This document shows positions 46,801 to 59,734 of a DNA stretch of 64,000 bases, piece after piece. The notes under the pieces are model-generated. The model made no database searches, was not told where the DNA came from, and saw nothing but the letters and a program-made list of their open reading frames with translations. How positions within the stretch are numbered: the stretch's first letter is position 1; every line of letters starts with the position of its first letter. A program made the translations under genes and the position numbers. Location: NCBI RefSeq assembly GCF_052425735.1, contig NC_135770.1, positions 24,366,001 through 24,430,000 of the forward strand, in the 5' to 3' direction. Origin of the DNA: Oculina patagonica. Lineage: Eukaryota.

Positions 46801-49800
46801 TCTAATGAATTCGTTATTTTAAATATATCTGCACACGCGCTAGATCGGTTTATTGTATTTTCTTCACCTATCCGCTTTTCAATGTACTGGCACAGTAAGG
46901 AAAAGTAATAGTTCATCATTCACATATTAAATTTTCTTCTTACCTTCACACAATGTTTACACACGGTGTTGCTTGTGGCAGTACAATTTCTAACTACTCC
47001 TCTTCCACGTTTACATTGCGAACACTTTTCACAAAACACAATAGAGCCATCGAAGTAGTAGCCGGACTGGCAAGAACATTCAGTGTTCGATGAACTTGTA
47101 CAAACTTTTGTTATCTCATTGTGTCTGCCGTTACATCTATCACATTGCGAACATTTCGTTGCATTAAATTTGTCTGTAAATGTCCCGTTTGGACACCGTT
47201 GGCATCCTGTATCTGTAATAAACGTCCCCGGTGCGCAGCCCATTCCCACAGCGTATATTGTCTGTGAAGAGAAAAAGAGATAAGTCAGTAAAATAAAATT
47301 ACTCATTACGAAAGAATTACTAACAAATTTTGAGCGTAGCAAAATGGAGCGCAAAAAAAAGTAAAAAGTGCGTTTTCGATTTTTTTCGAGTTGCCATTTA
47401 CGAACTTTACTTTGCATTATTGGCGGTCCTACTATTCTCGCAAAATCATTCACAAACTTTCTCTCAGTGAGCCAAAATATTTTGGCTGTTGAACGCCAGT
47501 TACGAAATAAAGGTCGTGAAGTAATCTTCCAGTTGTTAACTTGCTTTTGCTATTTTTGACTCGCTACTTTCCGAATACATTCAAGGCTGGAACTAACTGG
47601 CAAAAACGTCACAGTTTCAACCTTTAATTTCGCCTTTTAAAGTCGCGAGTTAGCAATACGCTTTTGTAGAAGGTGAATGAAATATTGGAACCCAATTTTA
47701 TGGTGTTAAATGATAAGATATAGTCATACTGTACAGATTTTTTTTCGAGCGGACTTGATGGAGCAAGTACTTAGTAGGGTATTAAAAGGTGTAATCCGAA
47801 TTCTTATATACGACAAGACTAAAGTACATAATTGTTTTTTCGCTATTTATAGGGTTGATGTAAATTGAAATACATGCCACATAAGGCAATTATCGTATTT
47901 GTACACGTGCAATATCGTGTTTGATGTCACGAAAGGCTAAAAGAATTGATAGGGATTTTTGAAATGCACATGTCATATTGAGCATAGACTATCGATTTCG
48001 CAGTCTCGGAAAAAAAAAGCAAAAACAATGCTTCAGAATAAACTTGGTTTGCATTTTGTACTTTGAACCAAGCTACAAAGTACACGTTTAATGCATGGTC
48101 AGGCAGTGGTTTATTTTATATATAGCACAGAAGAAAATAAGGTATCTAACGTGATCTGGTTTCCATAATCACAAACAAAACAACATGCAAATGTCGGCTG
48201 TTTTCAAGTGGTTTCCGCAGCACTTAAAAAACTGGCGTGTTTAAAACCCGTAGCAAGGCGGAAAATGTGGGCAAAATTCATTATTGAACTCTCGGACTGT
48301 TCTATAAATATAGCATTTGACTTGAAAACCAACAGCGTTTAGTTTCTTTCTGTATCTTAACCAGGAATCGAATTTTTTTTTTAACTTGACGTGTTTCGTC
48401 TTAAGTGCGTTGGCGAGACGCTGAGCTTGCAAAATAATGGAAAGTCACGAAAACATTTGGAACTACGTGCGTCGTTAAAACTATTTTATCTTGTTTTAAC
48501 GCAAAACGACGGCAAATATAGCACACAAATTGCACTAACGTAAAAGGTTGAGCGACAGAAAGGCTAGCTAAAAGGAAAAAAAAAACATTAAGGGCAATAT
48601 ACTGATAACATAATCACCACTTTAAACGTCAATGATTTCCTTAAGGGGGGACACAAAACAACAACAGTAACTCAACCTTTACTAGAAAACTTATCCAAGG
48701 GAATTTGCCTGCTGAAGAGTTCATGTCCTTAACGGGCAATAAACACAAACTACTGTTAAAGATGAAAAGTTGCCATTAGTTCTTTTACGTCCGAGAATCT
48801 CCATTACCAAAGAGTACATGAATTGACACATCAAACATACTTTGTCTATCTTTATTTCGTTTCCACGTTACGTTAACACGGAATCTATATAATACAGTCC
48901 ACGAACATGTTTTAACAGAGTGGAACTGAATAAAAGTGAAAATTAACGTTGGTGAATTCAATGTCGTTTGACCTCGGCGCATTCTGTTTTTTAACAGAGG
49001 TCGAACAACCAGTTTTTCGTGAAACCTTGTGTAAAAATCTGGCTTACGCAACATGACTTGACACACTGTCGCAGCACATTGTAACCCTGACATTTCTCGT
49101 TTTTTAAACGTTCTCCTGGTTCTCTCTTAATAGTAAAGGGCTACGTTTTAAAATCGTTCCAAGAAAGCCACGCAGAGAAAAGATTGAAATACTAAACGGC
49201 CAGGATTTTGTTGACTCAGCGCAAACATGTTTACTATAAACGATTTCGTTTAAGTACACGTTTTATAATAAACCGCGGAAATGATGAAAACTCTTACCTT
49301 ATTTTCTGCCTCAACGCCGTCAAAAGGTGAAAATTAAGTCCTCAACCATAACGAAACAATAAAATATCGAAATCCAAGCTTTCCAAAGCGCATTTTGAGT
49401 GCCTTTATGCGACGATAAAAACTTCGACTTTCGACCAACGCATGCACAGGTAGATGCTGTCATCTATCTCTTCGCATGTGGCTATTGTTTTTTTGCTGTA
49501 GGCGTACTGCCAATCATTGTCTAAACTCCAGGAGCTTTGCTGGAAATTCTAGATTTCCGCGATAACATATTCACTAATGTTCAGCATGTTCAGGCAGATT
49601 CTTGTAACAGCCGCTGAGATGTTTTAGTAGAATGGTTTTATCTTTCGTTTATTAAATTAATGTTCAACGTTTTTATTAAGCTGGTTTAATGTTTAGCCAT
49701 AGGGCATGGCGGAAATGCACGTGTAAAAATAGTACATAATAGCTTGCTTAAAATATTATTTTCTTTACAGTAGAGACGTAAACGAATGATACGACAACTT

Positions 49801-52800
49801 TTACATTTTATTTCTTGCCCGCAGAAAGATAAGAGATTTAATCGTAGAAAGAAAAACTTAGGGACGTGTAAAGAGTCAAAAGACACTCGAGATGAGAGGA
49901 CAGGGGATTATGGTTGTCACGTGCACAAGGCACGTTCTTGCTCTGTTAAGGAAACGATTTTACATATAAACGAAAGTGTCTTTAAAACCTCAAAACAATG
50001 ATCTGAAAATCCAGAAAAGGGCAAAGAAAAAATCTTAAGTGAAAAATTTATATTTTTGATTTCTTTAGAAGGGTGAAATTCACAGAAGAGTGACCACCTT
50101 GTAGACTAGCTTAGACTAGAGTAGATTTGATTAGACTAGAAAGTACTTATTTTTAGATGCAAATCGCAAAATTCACTTTCAAAAGAATTTCATGTCCTTG
50201 CCTTGGCTTTGCACTGAGTGACCCACGAGTGTTTTATTTTATTTTTAGAGAAGATACATTTTTTGGATACCTATAAGCAATTTAGAAAACTACAGTTTTA
50301 ACAACGAGTTTCCGTGCGGAAAACAAACTCATTAGCATAGCTTGTTTATGAATTTAATATTTATTGCCATTAAACCTCTTGATATAAAACAGGGCTCTTA
50401 GTGTATACATTTTTAGACGCAAATCTCAAAATTCACTACCAAAAGGATTTTGGGTCCTTCGCCAGGGTTTTGCCATAAGTGATCCACGAGTGTTTTATTT
50501 TATTTTAAGTTAAGATACATTTTTTGGATACCTATAAACAATTGAGAAAACTATTTTAAGTTCTACAATTCTAACAACGAGTTTCCGTGCGGAAAACAAA
50601 CTCATTAGCATAGCTTGTTTATGAATTTAATATTTATTATTGCCATAAAACCTCTTGATATAAAACAGAGCTCTTAATGATGTTTTATGCGGGAAAACTC
50701 AGAGATAACTTTCCAAAGTAGGTGGCTTGCCTGAGCAATTAGCTTTGAGTAAAAATCACTTCTTGATTGAAAGAAGTCAAACGGCTATTACACGCACCGG
50801 AACCGCCCGCCATTTTCTTTGACAGAAGCACGTCTAAGGTCACGCAATGGCGATTCCAGTCTATATTTTTTTAAAACGAGCTTCAACTTTTTAAATGTCA
50901 GTAAAAATATCTGATTGTCTATTTAATGAAGAAATTTCAGATACATAAAAATACAAATAGGGTTGCTGGACATTATAAACTGGGCGATATTGAAGCCACT
51001 AAGCATCTCTTAGCCCGGCAGAAATCACATTATATTCGCTGCAATTCTGGTTTCCAACTGGTTTAAATTTAACCATCCGTTCGCACTGCCTTCCTGTTTC
51101 CATTAATTAAGATTGCGCTTCGGATCAAATTATTTATTTTCCGTATTAGCGCGAGGCGAAGTGCAGAACGCGTACGAAGGAAATAGTCTATAGTTCTAAG
51201 CTTATCACACTTTACTGTACAAGAGTTGTACAAGCCGTTTTAAAAGTGTGAACAGAACGCGTGATATAAACTTATAGTTCCGATGGGAACTTGAATTCCA
51301 ACTGTGCTTATAACAAATCAACAGTTTCCGGTTTTGAAATTATACACCTCAAACACGCAAATGTTGAGGCTTTGGTGATATTGTACCCCATGGCAGAAAG
51401 TTATCCAGAAAGTTCAAGTTTCAAAACAAAGACGAAAATCTGTCTCAGTGATTGGCTTGGTGGCTCACAAAATATGGGCGAGTATTGCATTTACGCTTCG
51501 AGCTTCGGTTTATGGAAATTCGTCAACGGAAAGAATAGTTTAATTAATAAAACTATTGACATTGGCATTTCCTAGTCTTAATCCTCAAAATAACACGGCG
51601 ACGCGACGTAAATTGCCGTCTGATTTGTTTTCCTACTTGAGAAATATCTGATACAAGTGAGATACAGTGTCGTAAAAACCAAAGCGATAAATGTCTTTCT
51701 CCAAATAAAAACAGCCGCAGAGTAATACAACGTTGACATTATATGCAAATGAAGCATTCAAAGATGTTGTTAAAGCATTGAAAATAAATCATTTTAGGGC
51801 ACCATTCCTCGCGTACGCTTAGGAGGAAAATTATTTGAACTATGCTTTATGTTGTTTTGTGGTGTTAAACAGCGGGTTGAACTTTTCGATCTCGGGGCCC
51901 TCTCCCGCCGCGTTGCCCACTGTCATAATAATTTCGCTTTCCTTTTGGCGACAGATTGTGGACACGCATTGTTTTGTATTATAACATATTTGCTAACATT
52001 TGACTTACGCCCGGCGCGGCGCAACCCACGAGACTTCACAGCAAGCAGTATTTTCGAAATAGAACGGTCCAAATAAACACGTTACGCTTTTTGCTTCGCA
52101 TTGTGTGAGTTGCACTCAACTGGCACCTTAAAATGAAGCAATGAAAAGAATTCCTAACTTAATTGATGCCTCCATTTATTGTGTATTGTATTCCCAGGGC
52201 AAGTTTGAGCTTATGCAAAGTGGGAGGGTCAGTTTAGAAGGCGCCCGAGCATAAAAAGGCCGACATACACGAGCCGACAAAAGCGAACTATTTGCGATCA
52301 CTTAAGGCGTATAATTTGACTCTAGTACGAGAAAAACACTCGAAAAGGATTAAAAAACTTCACCGAAGCCAAAAGTACCGACTTCGGATAACCCAGCCTA
52401 ATACCCACTATTAGCCACGAGCAAATCGAAGCGATATGTCAAATTTGTCCGGAGGGCAAAGCTCACATTAGAAGCGTTGATAAATGCCGTTTAGTTTCTG
52501 CTTTCCAGTAACAGGTTTTGGATTGCTTTTCTTGAATAACCGTGTTTTGTATTACAAAACAGGTGAAATTTATTGTAATCACCCAGGTAGTTTCACACTA
52601 GTGTGCAATTACTTGTACATTGATCGAGTCGTGATGAAAGTAAATCATTGCGAGTCGCAAATCAAAACATGCCCTCCTACATGGGGTTCTCGATATAAAC
52701 AATGCATTTACTCGCCACACAAAAAAGAATTGAGCATAACAAGCCAGAGATTAAGCATAAATATCGAATCAAACGCAGGTAGCCGAGAAGAGCGGAATCG

Positions 52801-53440
52801 AGTATTCGGTTTCTATGTCCACTATCCATGGTGGTCCATTACAAACATTCGATACTTCGATCGAACGCAAGCCATGTGCTTATTCGAACTTCGCACGAAA
52901 ACAACTCTTAAACGGAAAGGGTGCAGTAAACTCGCCTGAAACGGCAATCACGAAAAAAAGTGGACAAAATGTGCTTTAATGAACCAAAAACTATTAGATA
53001 AAATCATTAGCGTTTGATATTGACATCAGTGTGAATTTCGTGTGAATTTCATCCGCGGCGAGGTGTTGTCACGAGCGAAAATAGCAAGCACAAGCAACTA
53101 GATTTCGTCATCCTACTTTCATTCACCTTCGGTATTTATTGTTTACCAGATAACACTAGTTAAATCCGCCTCCTCTTTTCAATAAACACGAATTCCGAAC
53201 TCTCATGATTATAAAGAAGCAATTTTGAGAGGCGACCAAGTGGAAATATGGCTACGAAACAAGCAAACGGGTATTAAATAAACCGAGTTTCTCGATTTCG
53301 CTCTCGTCGCAACGCGGTCAATATGACGCTAGCGAAGTAGAATTGAACACAACAACTTCATAACAAGTAAAAGGACTCACCGTTATTAGCAAAGAGCTCC
53401 CAAAAACCGTGGCCAACAGCGCCAGAACACGCTTGACCAT
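43356..53440 (-). CDS. Death-domain TNF receptor superfamily member (p75NTR/TNFRSF16-like architecture), 6 exons, 401 aa
   Basis: Exons 53440-53381 (signal peptide MVKRVLALLATVFGSSLLIT), 47261-46944, 46180-45919 (3 full cysteine-rich domains plus a truncated one, Thr-rich stalk), 44979-44788 (TM IVLYSLIGLLVLLVAVLTLICW), 44320-44219, 43627-43356 (death domain ...RWKHLGGHLHF...MLQEWGQKDGATVGAL). Total 1206 nt, phases consistent. Confidence 0.9.
45129..45413. mobile_element. Full-length aaccaatca-type MITE
   Basis: tagagcggttttcacttgagtgtcg / cgacactcaattgaaacctgctcta TIRs. Confidence 0.8.
46457..46740. mobile_element. aaccaatca-type MITE, opposite orientation to 45129-45413
   Basis: tagggcggttatcgattgagtgtcgtaaaacc...cgacactcaagcgaaaatcgctct. 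Confidence 0.75.
50149..50676. repeat. Local tandem duplication of ~260 bp (50149-50400, 50409-50676) in receptor intron 1
   Basis: Two highly similar copies, including identical gagtttccgtgcggaaaacaaactcattagcatagcttgtttatgaatttaatatttatt. Confidence 0.9.
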
Positions 53441-53620
53441 CTTGTAACCTGCGGCATGGAATTTGCTTAGCTTGGCAACTTGATTGATCGACCCCACGTG
53501 AATAGGGGTTTTTACCGTGTAAATATGACGTCATTATTTATTTTTGCGCTTCGATTCCCACCAGTTATTGTTGCATCCCCGTGGTTGTATCACTCGTAAT
53601 TCTGTGGAAAAGTGATTTTA
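53441..53620 (-). promoter_or_regulatory. Putative proximal promoter of the death receptor
   Basis: E-box cacgtg (53495-53500), kB-like ggggtttttacc (53505-53516) and perfect CRE tgacgtca (53526-53533) within 100 bp of the ATG. Confidence 0.5.
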
Positions 53621-56106
53621 TCCACGAGATTACCTTGCTATCGAAGCCCTCGGATGAAAAAATAAACCTTGATGTATGGTTTGAACGTAATCTGAAATTA
53701 TTGAATGAAGTAAGCGAACTGAAACACCGAATGACTGAGAGCTTCGGAACAGCTGTGAAAGACAGCGGCTTGTTTTAGGTAACTGATACCATGCGAATTT
53801 GGGTAAGCGAAACAAACCTTTATAATTTTAGTTGCCAAAAAGACGGAAGATTTCAGGATAAAATAAATTTTCTTCTTATTTTTTATTTTCTCGCTGTTTC
53901 TTGGGTCAGTTTGGAGCGATTTCGACAAAATAGTACGTTTGAAATGCATGCTAAAATATTTTGATCAAATCGCTGTCAGACTGGTGAGCTTGAGCTGTCT
54001 GCTGTGACAAGGAGCAGACATCCTCGGGCATGAGTAAAAGTCGAAACGACGGGAAAATCGAGGAAAAGGAGAAATCTCTCTATTTTTTATTTTATTTTCC
54101 CACTTGTATATGGGCTTTTGAAGACTTCTAGATTATATACTATTATCTCTCTATGTATCATTATCGTATATATCTTTATATATTATTAGCTTTCGCTTGT
54201 CTGGTTACTGGGGAGGGCGGGAATGGGAAAAAAAACAATAGGACAAAAATAAAACTCTTCTGTAATATACCCGAGATTTCCCCTTTCAAGATATGACCTC
54301 TCGTCATTTCCTTGTTGGAGTATTGGGTTGACTGCGATGCCAAGGGTAGTGGGTGGCCTGTACAGGCTTAATTTTGGCCACTCCCTATTATCCAGAAATT
54401 TGGATTATACCAAAAGTGGCAATATATAGCGGAAGGGAAACCTCCTTGATTAAGACTTGCCATAACATTTTCTCGTCTCCGGCTTTTCGTAGCGTTCAGT
54501 CATTCGTATTATATGACTCTCGAAACATTTTGCTCCAAAAATGGGCAAAACCCCGCAGCAGATCTCGTGAGCAAAGTTTGCTTCCTCATAGTGTGGAGCG
54601 GCCAGCTGGGGTGAGTGGGTTACATAAGTAGACAAATATCTGAGTAAGGCGTGGTATCCTAGATGATCTGGAGTCAAAATACTTGACCCTAACCGGACCA
54701 ACTCCCGTGCTGATCCGTTTGTTTTGTAACATAACTCCGGCGAAACTTTACCCAGCCCAGCGGCAGCTTTACAGTGCAAGCGATTTCACGAACCTCAAGG
54801 GAAACGGAAATTGGTTCGAGAAATCGGAGAGTTCGAGACATCGGGTGTGAAAAATTGCAGTGTTCGGCTGAGAGAAAGAAACAACTTTGGTCATAGTTAA
54901 TTTTCGGTAGGCTCGAGAAATCGTGTTCTATTCTACGTATCTTTAGCACTGTTTTAATCGTTATCGTAGGTAATGATGTAATGTCTATTGAAATCTGAGT
55001 ACAAAAAATTAATTCTAATTTCCTTTTAATTGTACCAGTGAGTTACTCGTTAGAGAAACAAATTGACCTGTAGCCCACCAGCGTGGAAGTTCTTTTGTAT
55101 TTTATATCGTCAATGTATGTTCAGAGACTTTCGACGTGTTTTCAACAGCAGAACTAGACTGCATGCGAAGCTGAACTTTTGCTTGTCATCAAAAGCAAGG
55201 CTCACTTCGCATCATTCACGTTTGTTTTGATTTAATTTCACGACCTTATACTGATCTTGTTCGAATCTTGTTGTCGGTGTAAACAGGGTCATAAGTGGAG
55301 TGTGGGCGATCCCAGAGCGATTTGGGAAGGAAGATCATCAGCGATGTCTTTAACCCCATTCTTAGTCCAAATATAGCAAAGCAAGGGGAAAGCCCTGGGA
55401 ACGAGGTTGATATTTCAAATGAAATAAAATATAGCACATTTATATCCCATTTTCCATTTCCAGCCCGTTTCCAGCCCCAGCAGGCACTGTGAACCCCACA
55501 GTTAAGTGAACTATGGCACATATTCCATTGCTTGGGACAGACAGAAGCCAACAATCCCATTACAAGCCATTTTCCATTCCAACGTTTTACTGGTACAATT
55601 TTAGGTTTTAGTAAATTCACTGACAAGATTTGTAAGCCCAATTATTTTTCCGACCGCGGTCTGCACGTGCACCTCTCTTCTCTGCAGGGGATTCAGGGGA
55701 TTCTGTTTTTTTTTTTCGCGTATACTTCATGGGAAGACCATGAAGACTGGGGAGAGACAAACGCAAGGCGCAGAATGGAGGATTGGGAAAAATGAAGAAG
55801 TGTATTCCTAGGGAGCCTCTGAGAAGATTGGGGCTGGAAATCGTTGATTCGCCAATATATGTCACACTGATTAACCAAACTTTACTGGTGGTATCATAAC
55901 GTACCTATACCTGCCTCGTTCAGGAGGCTTTCGCAGACTTTGTTGCGGGTCCAATTGTAACGATAAAGAAACCGAATTGAAGTTAAAAGCGTAATTTATT
56001 TAGACACGGTAAATCGTTCAGGACAATCACATATAATAAAACAAGTACAATAGTTAAAAATACTACCATTCAAAATGGGAAAATAACATAAATACCGTGT
56101 AAGCTA

Positions 56107-56384
56107 TTAGAGCTATTTTCGATTGAGAGTGTCCAATAAACCAAAACCAAAGTAACTTGAACACTTGACTATCACAAAAGACCTAGGTACCGCGGTGAAC
56201 CAATCAAAACTCGAAGTAGGTAGCCGGCACGAAGCGTGGAAAAACGTGCGCAAGCGATCGCGCGAGTCATGATTGGTGTTGCATTTGATTGGTCGAGGAA
56301 GTGGCGTGGGTTTTTTAAGCCAATCACTAAGCGAAGTAAAGTAAACGTGAATTACTTTAGACCCTCAAGTTAAAACTGCCCTAT
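56107..56384. mobile_element. aaccaatca-type MITE
   Basis: Same internal motifs as the copies in the receptor gene. Confidence 0.7.
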
Positions 56385-58877
56385 AATCCAGATAATCTAA
56401 GTGAAAATTAATTACAAAAAGCTTTAATCGTATTGGTTTTTCAACAGGCCCGTTTTGAGCATTAGCAGGACATGGGGTATTCCTGCACAACGCATCAGGC
56501 TATTCCAACAGTACCCACTTCCCACTGGTCCAGCCCCTACATTAGCATGGTCTAGCATAGCCTGCGAACACTCGATTCCTTTTCAAGCGAGCGGAGCGAA
56601 CGAACGCTCCTGGTTCGCACGTTCGTTCGCTCTGCGCGCTTGAAAAGGAATCATCTGCTACACAGGCTAACATAAACGTTTTGTGAAAAAGTGAACAAAC
56701 TGAGGCCGCATGGTGGGGACAATTTGAGTTGTTCAAATACCCCACGGTACCAAATAAACATAAGGAAAGTTCTTGTTTCTGAGCTTATCCAGAGGATAAT
56801 TTTGGGCAAAACAAGGCACAGGGAAGATAGAGCTATTGTGCAGTGTTCATCTAGTAACGGTAACAGATCTTTCTGTGAATCTTCAAACTTGTTTCTTTTT
56901 AAACAAACTTATCATGGCTTCTGTAGAGCAAGTTAAGAAGAAAGCCAAGTTAAATTGAAGACAAAATTCACCAAGCTGCCCAGCATGTGTGCGCGCCCGG
57001 GTAGGGCTACTAATGCTAATACCTGACACCCGAGATAACACTGAACTTGAGCAAATGTTTTCTAGCCCAGGTGCACGGTTACAAGTAGGATATTGGCCGG
57101 GGGAATGATCACTGCTGGAATTGACTGATGCATGAGTGAACAGCACGTGCCATAAGTGCGCGCTGTAATTAGGAAGCTGCGCTTAAATGGGTTCCTATTC
57201 TTATCCATCTAGAAAACAACTCAAAAGTGATGTTTTCTGATTCGTCAAGAAGTTTCACAACTTTTTTTTACTCCATTGTGGTAATAAAACCTATTTATTA
57301 GGAACAGATCTTTGCGTCGTCCAATTTTGTCTGTGATTAAAAACTCGGACCCCTGCTTCGCGCCCGACAACTATTTTGACTCGTATGATTGATTGCAGTG
57401 CTATTACCATTTCTAAGGAAAGTAGTTTGAAGAAAACAACCTGGTTTAGCAAGAACGAAAACTACTAAGAGTGCGGTGAGCTATTCGGCCAAACATCGAT
57501 CCACAATGTCAGGGCAGTGACTTAAGACGGATTCCGCTGAAAGTTCGAGTAATGAGTGCGAAAATTAAGTATCAAAAATCTACTCATAGCACAGCAACAT
57601 TTTGTATACTATTTAAAAGATCTTACGGAAATTCATTTGTCTTAGTGACCCCGCAATTAAATACTAAAGCTTTCTCGAGAAAATTAAAGTCAAACCTCGT
57701 AAAAATGTTTAAAACGCGCGCCATTTTGTTTTGAACTGGCGTGAAACGTCCGTTTTAACTGAAATATAGACAACTTCAAATCCATTTTTCTCTCTCGTGG
57801 TCAGCTTGAGTGCTAAATGTTTGACAGGTTTTTTGTTAGCTGTAGCTGTATTGCTCGAAAGTTGTGCGGAAACCATCTTAATATCACAAGAAATCATCGG
57901 AGTGGTCAAGTCTTCTGGTTGACTTATTCCGTATTCGGGTTCGATAACTTTTCTTATAGAACGAAGGCCCGTGGGGACTCCCATATAAAAGGGGCGGGGA
58001 TGCTCGTTGGAAGTTTTGCAAAGAACCCTTCAAAGAGACCAATCTGGGCGTGGCTTAACCTTTTTTGTTCCCTGAAAGATACTAATATTCTAAAAATAGA
58101 TTTATATTTGTATATTTCTTTGTGTACAACCCTACCGGCGAGACCTTCATGGCTGAAAATATTGGCGTTTTACCTGGAACACTTTAAGCGAGACCAAAAA
58201 TCCGAAATTTACACACGCGAGACGACACGCATCCCCATACCTTTCATATGGGAGCCCCCCCTCCCCGGGTACAAAGGCCTTCTCTAAATGTACATGTACT
58301 ATGACGCAAACGTGTTTTATATTTCTTTAAAATTGGACAATTAACACATTGTTTTTATAAAATTGAAGTATAGTCCCGGAATTTCAAACAATAAACTTAT
58401 CGTGATAATTAGCCTATTGTAGCTTTCGTAATCCCTCCAAGAAAGCCTTTTAACAAAAACAAGCTCCGGGATTTTCATGATCATCGGAACTTAACATTGC
58501 TATTATCTTTATCTTAATTAGGAACATAGTCTGTACACAGCGTCTATTTACTCAATGCGAGAAAACGTCCGCAAACAAGCGGGCAAGAAACAATGCATGG
58601 AGACCCTGGCGCTACGCGCTCGAGCACACTTCCTGTTCAGTTCTTGTTTATTTACACCACCTACAGCTGTAGCGACAGTATTTTATCATAATATTTCGAC
58701 TTGTCGGCTCCCTGCAGTATCCTTGCCGAGCCAATGTGTGGCAATTTGCTACGCGATCCAAACACATTTTACCTGCGATGAAATATAAGTGACGTTGTAT
58801 GAATCAAGAAATAGTTGAATGGCCCGGGAGATTGGGTTATAGTAATCATTATGTTTACCGGGATTTGATCAATATCC

Positions 58878-59162
58878 ATTCTTACCTGGCTGAACTTGGG
58901 GCGCGAGGAACAAGTGGCTTTGGGGACACATGATTTAATTGGCTAGAACTTTAACAAAGGAAAATTGAATTCGACAAATCAAATCAACCGTTTAAAAATC
59001 CCTTTGTTTTAAGGGATTTTACTATGATTGATTTGATTGGCTAGATTTAAATTCTCTTTGTTATAAATCTAGCCAATCAAAACAAGTATCCGAAGAGCCA
59101 CTTGTTCCTCGTGCCCAGGCTCTGCCGGCTTAGAGGGGCGAGCGGCTCTGGGGACGAGAATG
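58878..59162. mobile_element. Palindromic MITE
   Basis: gggcgcgaggaacaagtggct / agccacttgttcctcgtgccc arms and a ctctggggacgagaatg terminus. Confidence 0.6.
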
Positions 59163-59211
59163 ATCAACATTTACAGAGGACTACATTTTGTTGTCTGTTG
59201 CTTTATTAATA

Positions 59212-59734
59212 CAGTCAACTCTTTCTTAACGGACACCTCTATAAGACGGACACCTCCATAAGACGGACACCTGGGGATGGTCCCTGCCGTTTTTCAGTCA
59301 TTTTACTGTAACTAAACTCCCTATAAGACGGACATCTCTCTAAGACCGTCAACGGACACTTTGAAATCATTTATCATGTTTTATTCGTGAAATTACTTCC
59401 AATCTTCATATCGATAAAGCAAAGTTTGTCAGCGCCCTAAGGATACGCGCATACCAAGCTTACTAACCAAAACAATGAAGCTTCTCTGCTTACGTGAAGC
59501 AGTGAATTATCGATTGTAATGAACAAACGATACAATTTTCTGAAATTATTGTTGTCCCTGTTTGTAGGTTTTGTTAAAGAAAGTGACTTTCAACACACTC
59601 AAAACAGACGAATATTTATTGTGCATAGGTTTAGCTTCATTATCTCAAAATTACTGGTGTCATGTTTCCTCGACTCTCTACAAGACGGACAGCTGCGGCC
59701 GGTCCCGAAGGTGTCCGTCTTAGAGAGAGTTGAC
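59212..59734. mobile_element. Tc1/mariner-type MITE whose right TIR is interrupted by a LINE
   Basis: ta|cagtcaactct...agagagttgac then LINE then tgta at 60725; aagacggacac repeats. Confidence 0.75.

Noticed and set aside
52484-52939. 151-aa ORF antisense within receptor intron 1
   Set aside because: No recognisable domain or splice support.
57817-58287. 156-aa ORF
   Set aside because: Runs through a ccc...ggg MITE (~57968-58269); no protein motif recognised.
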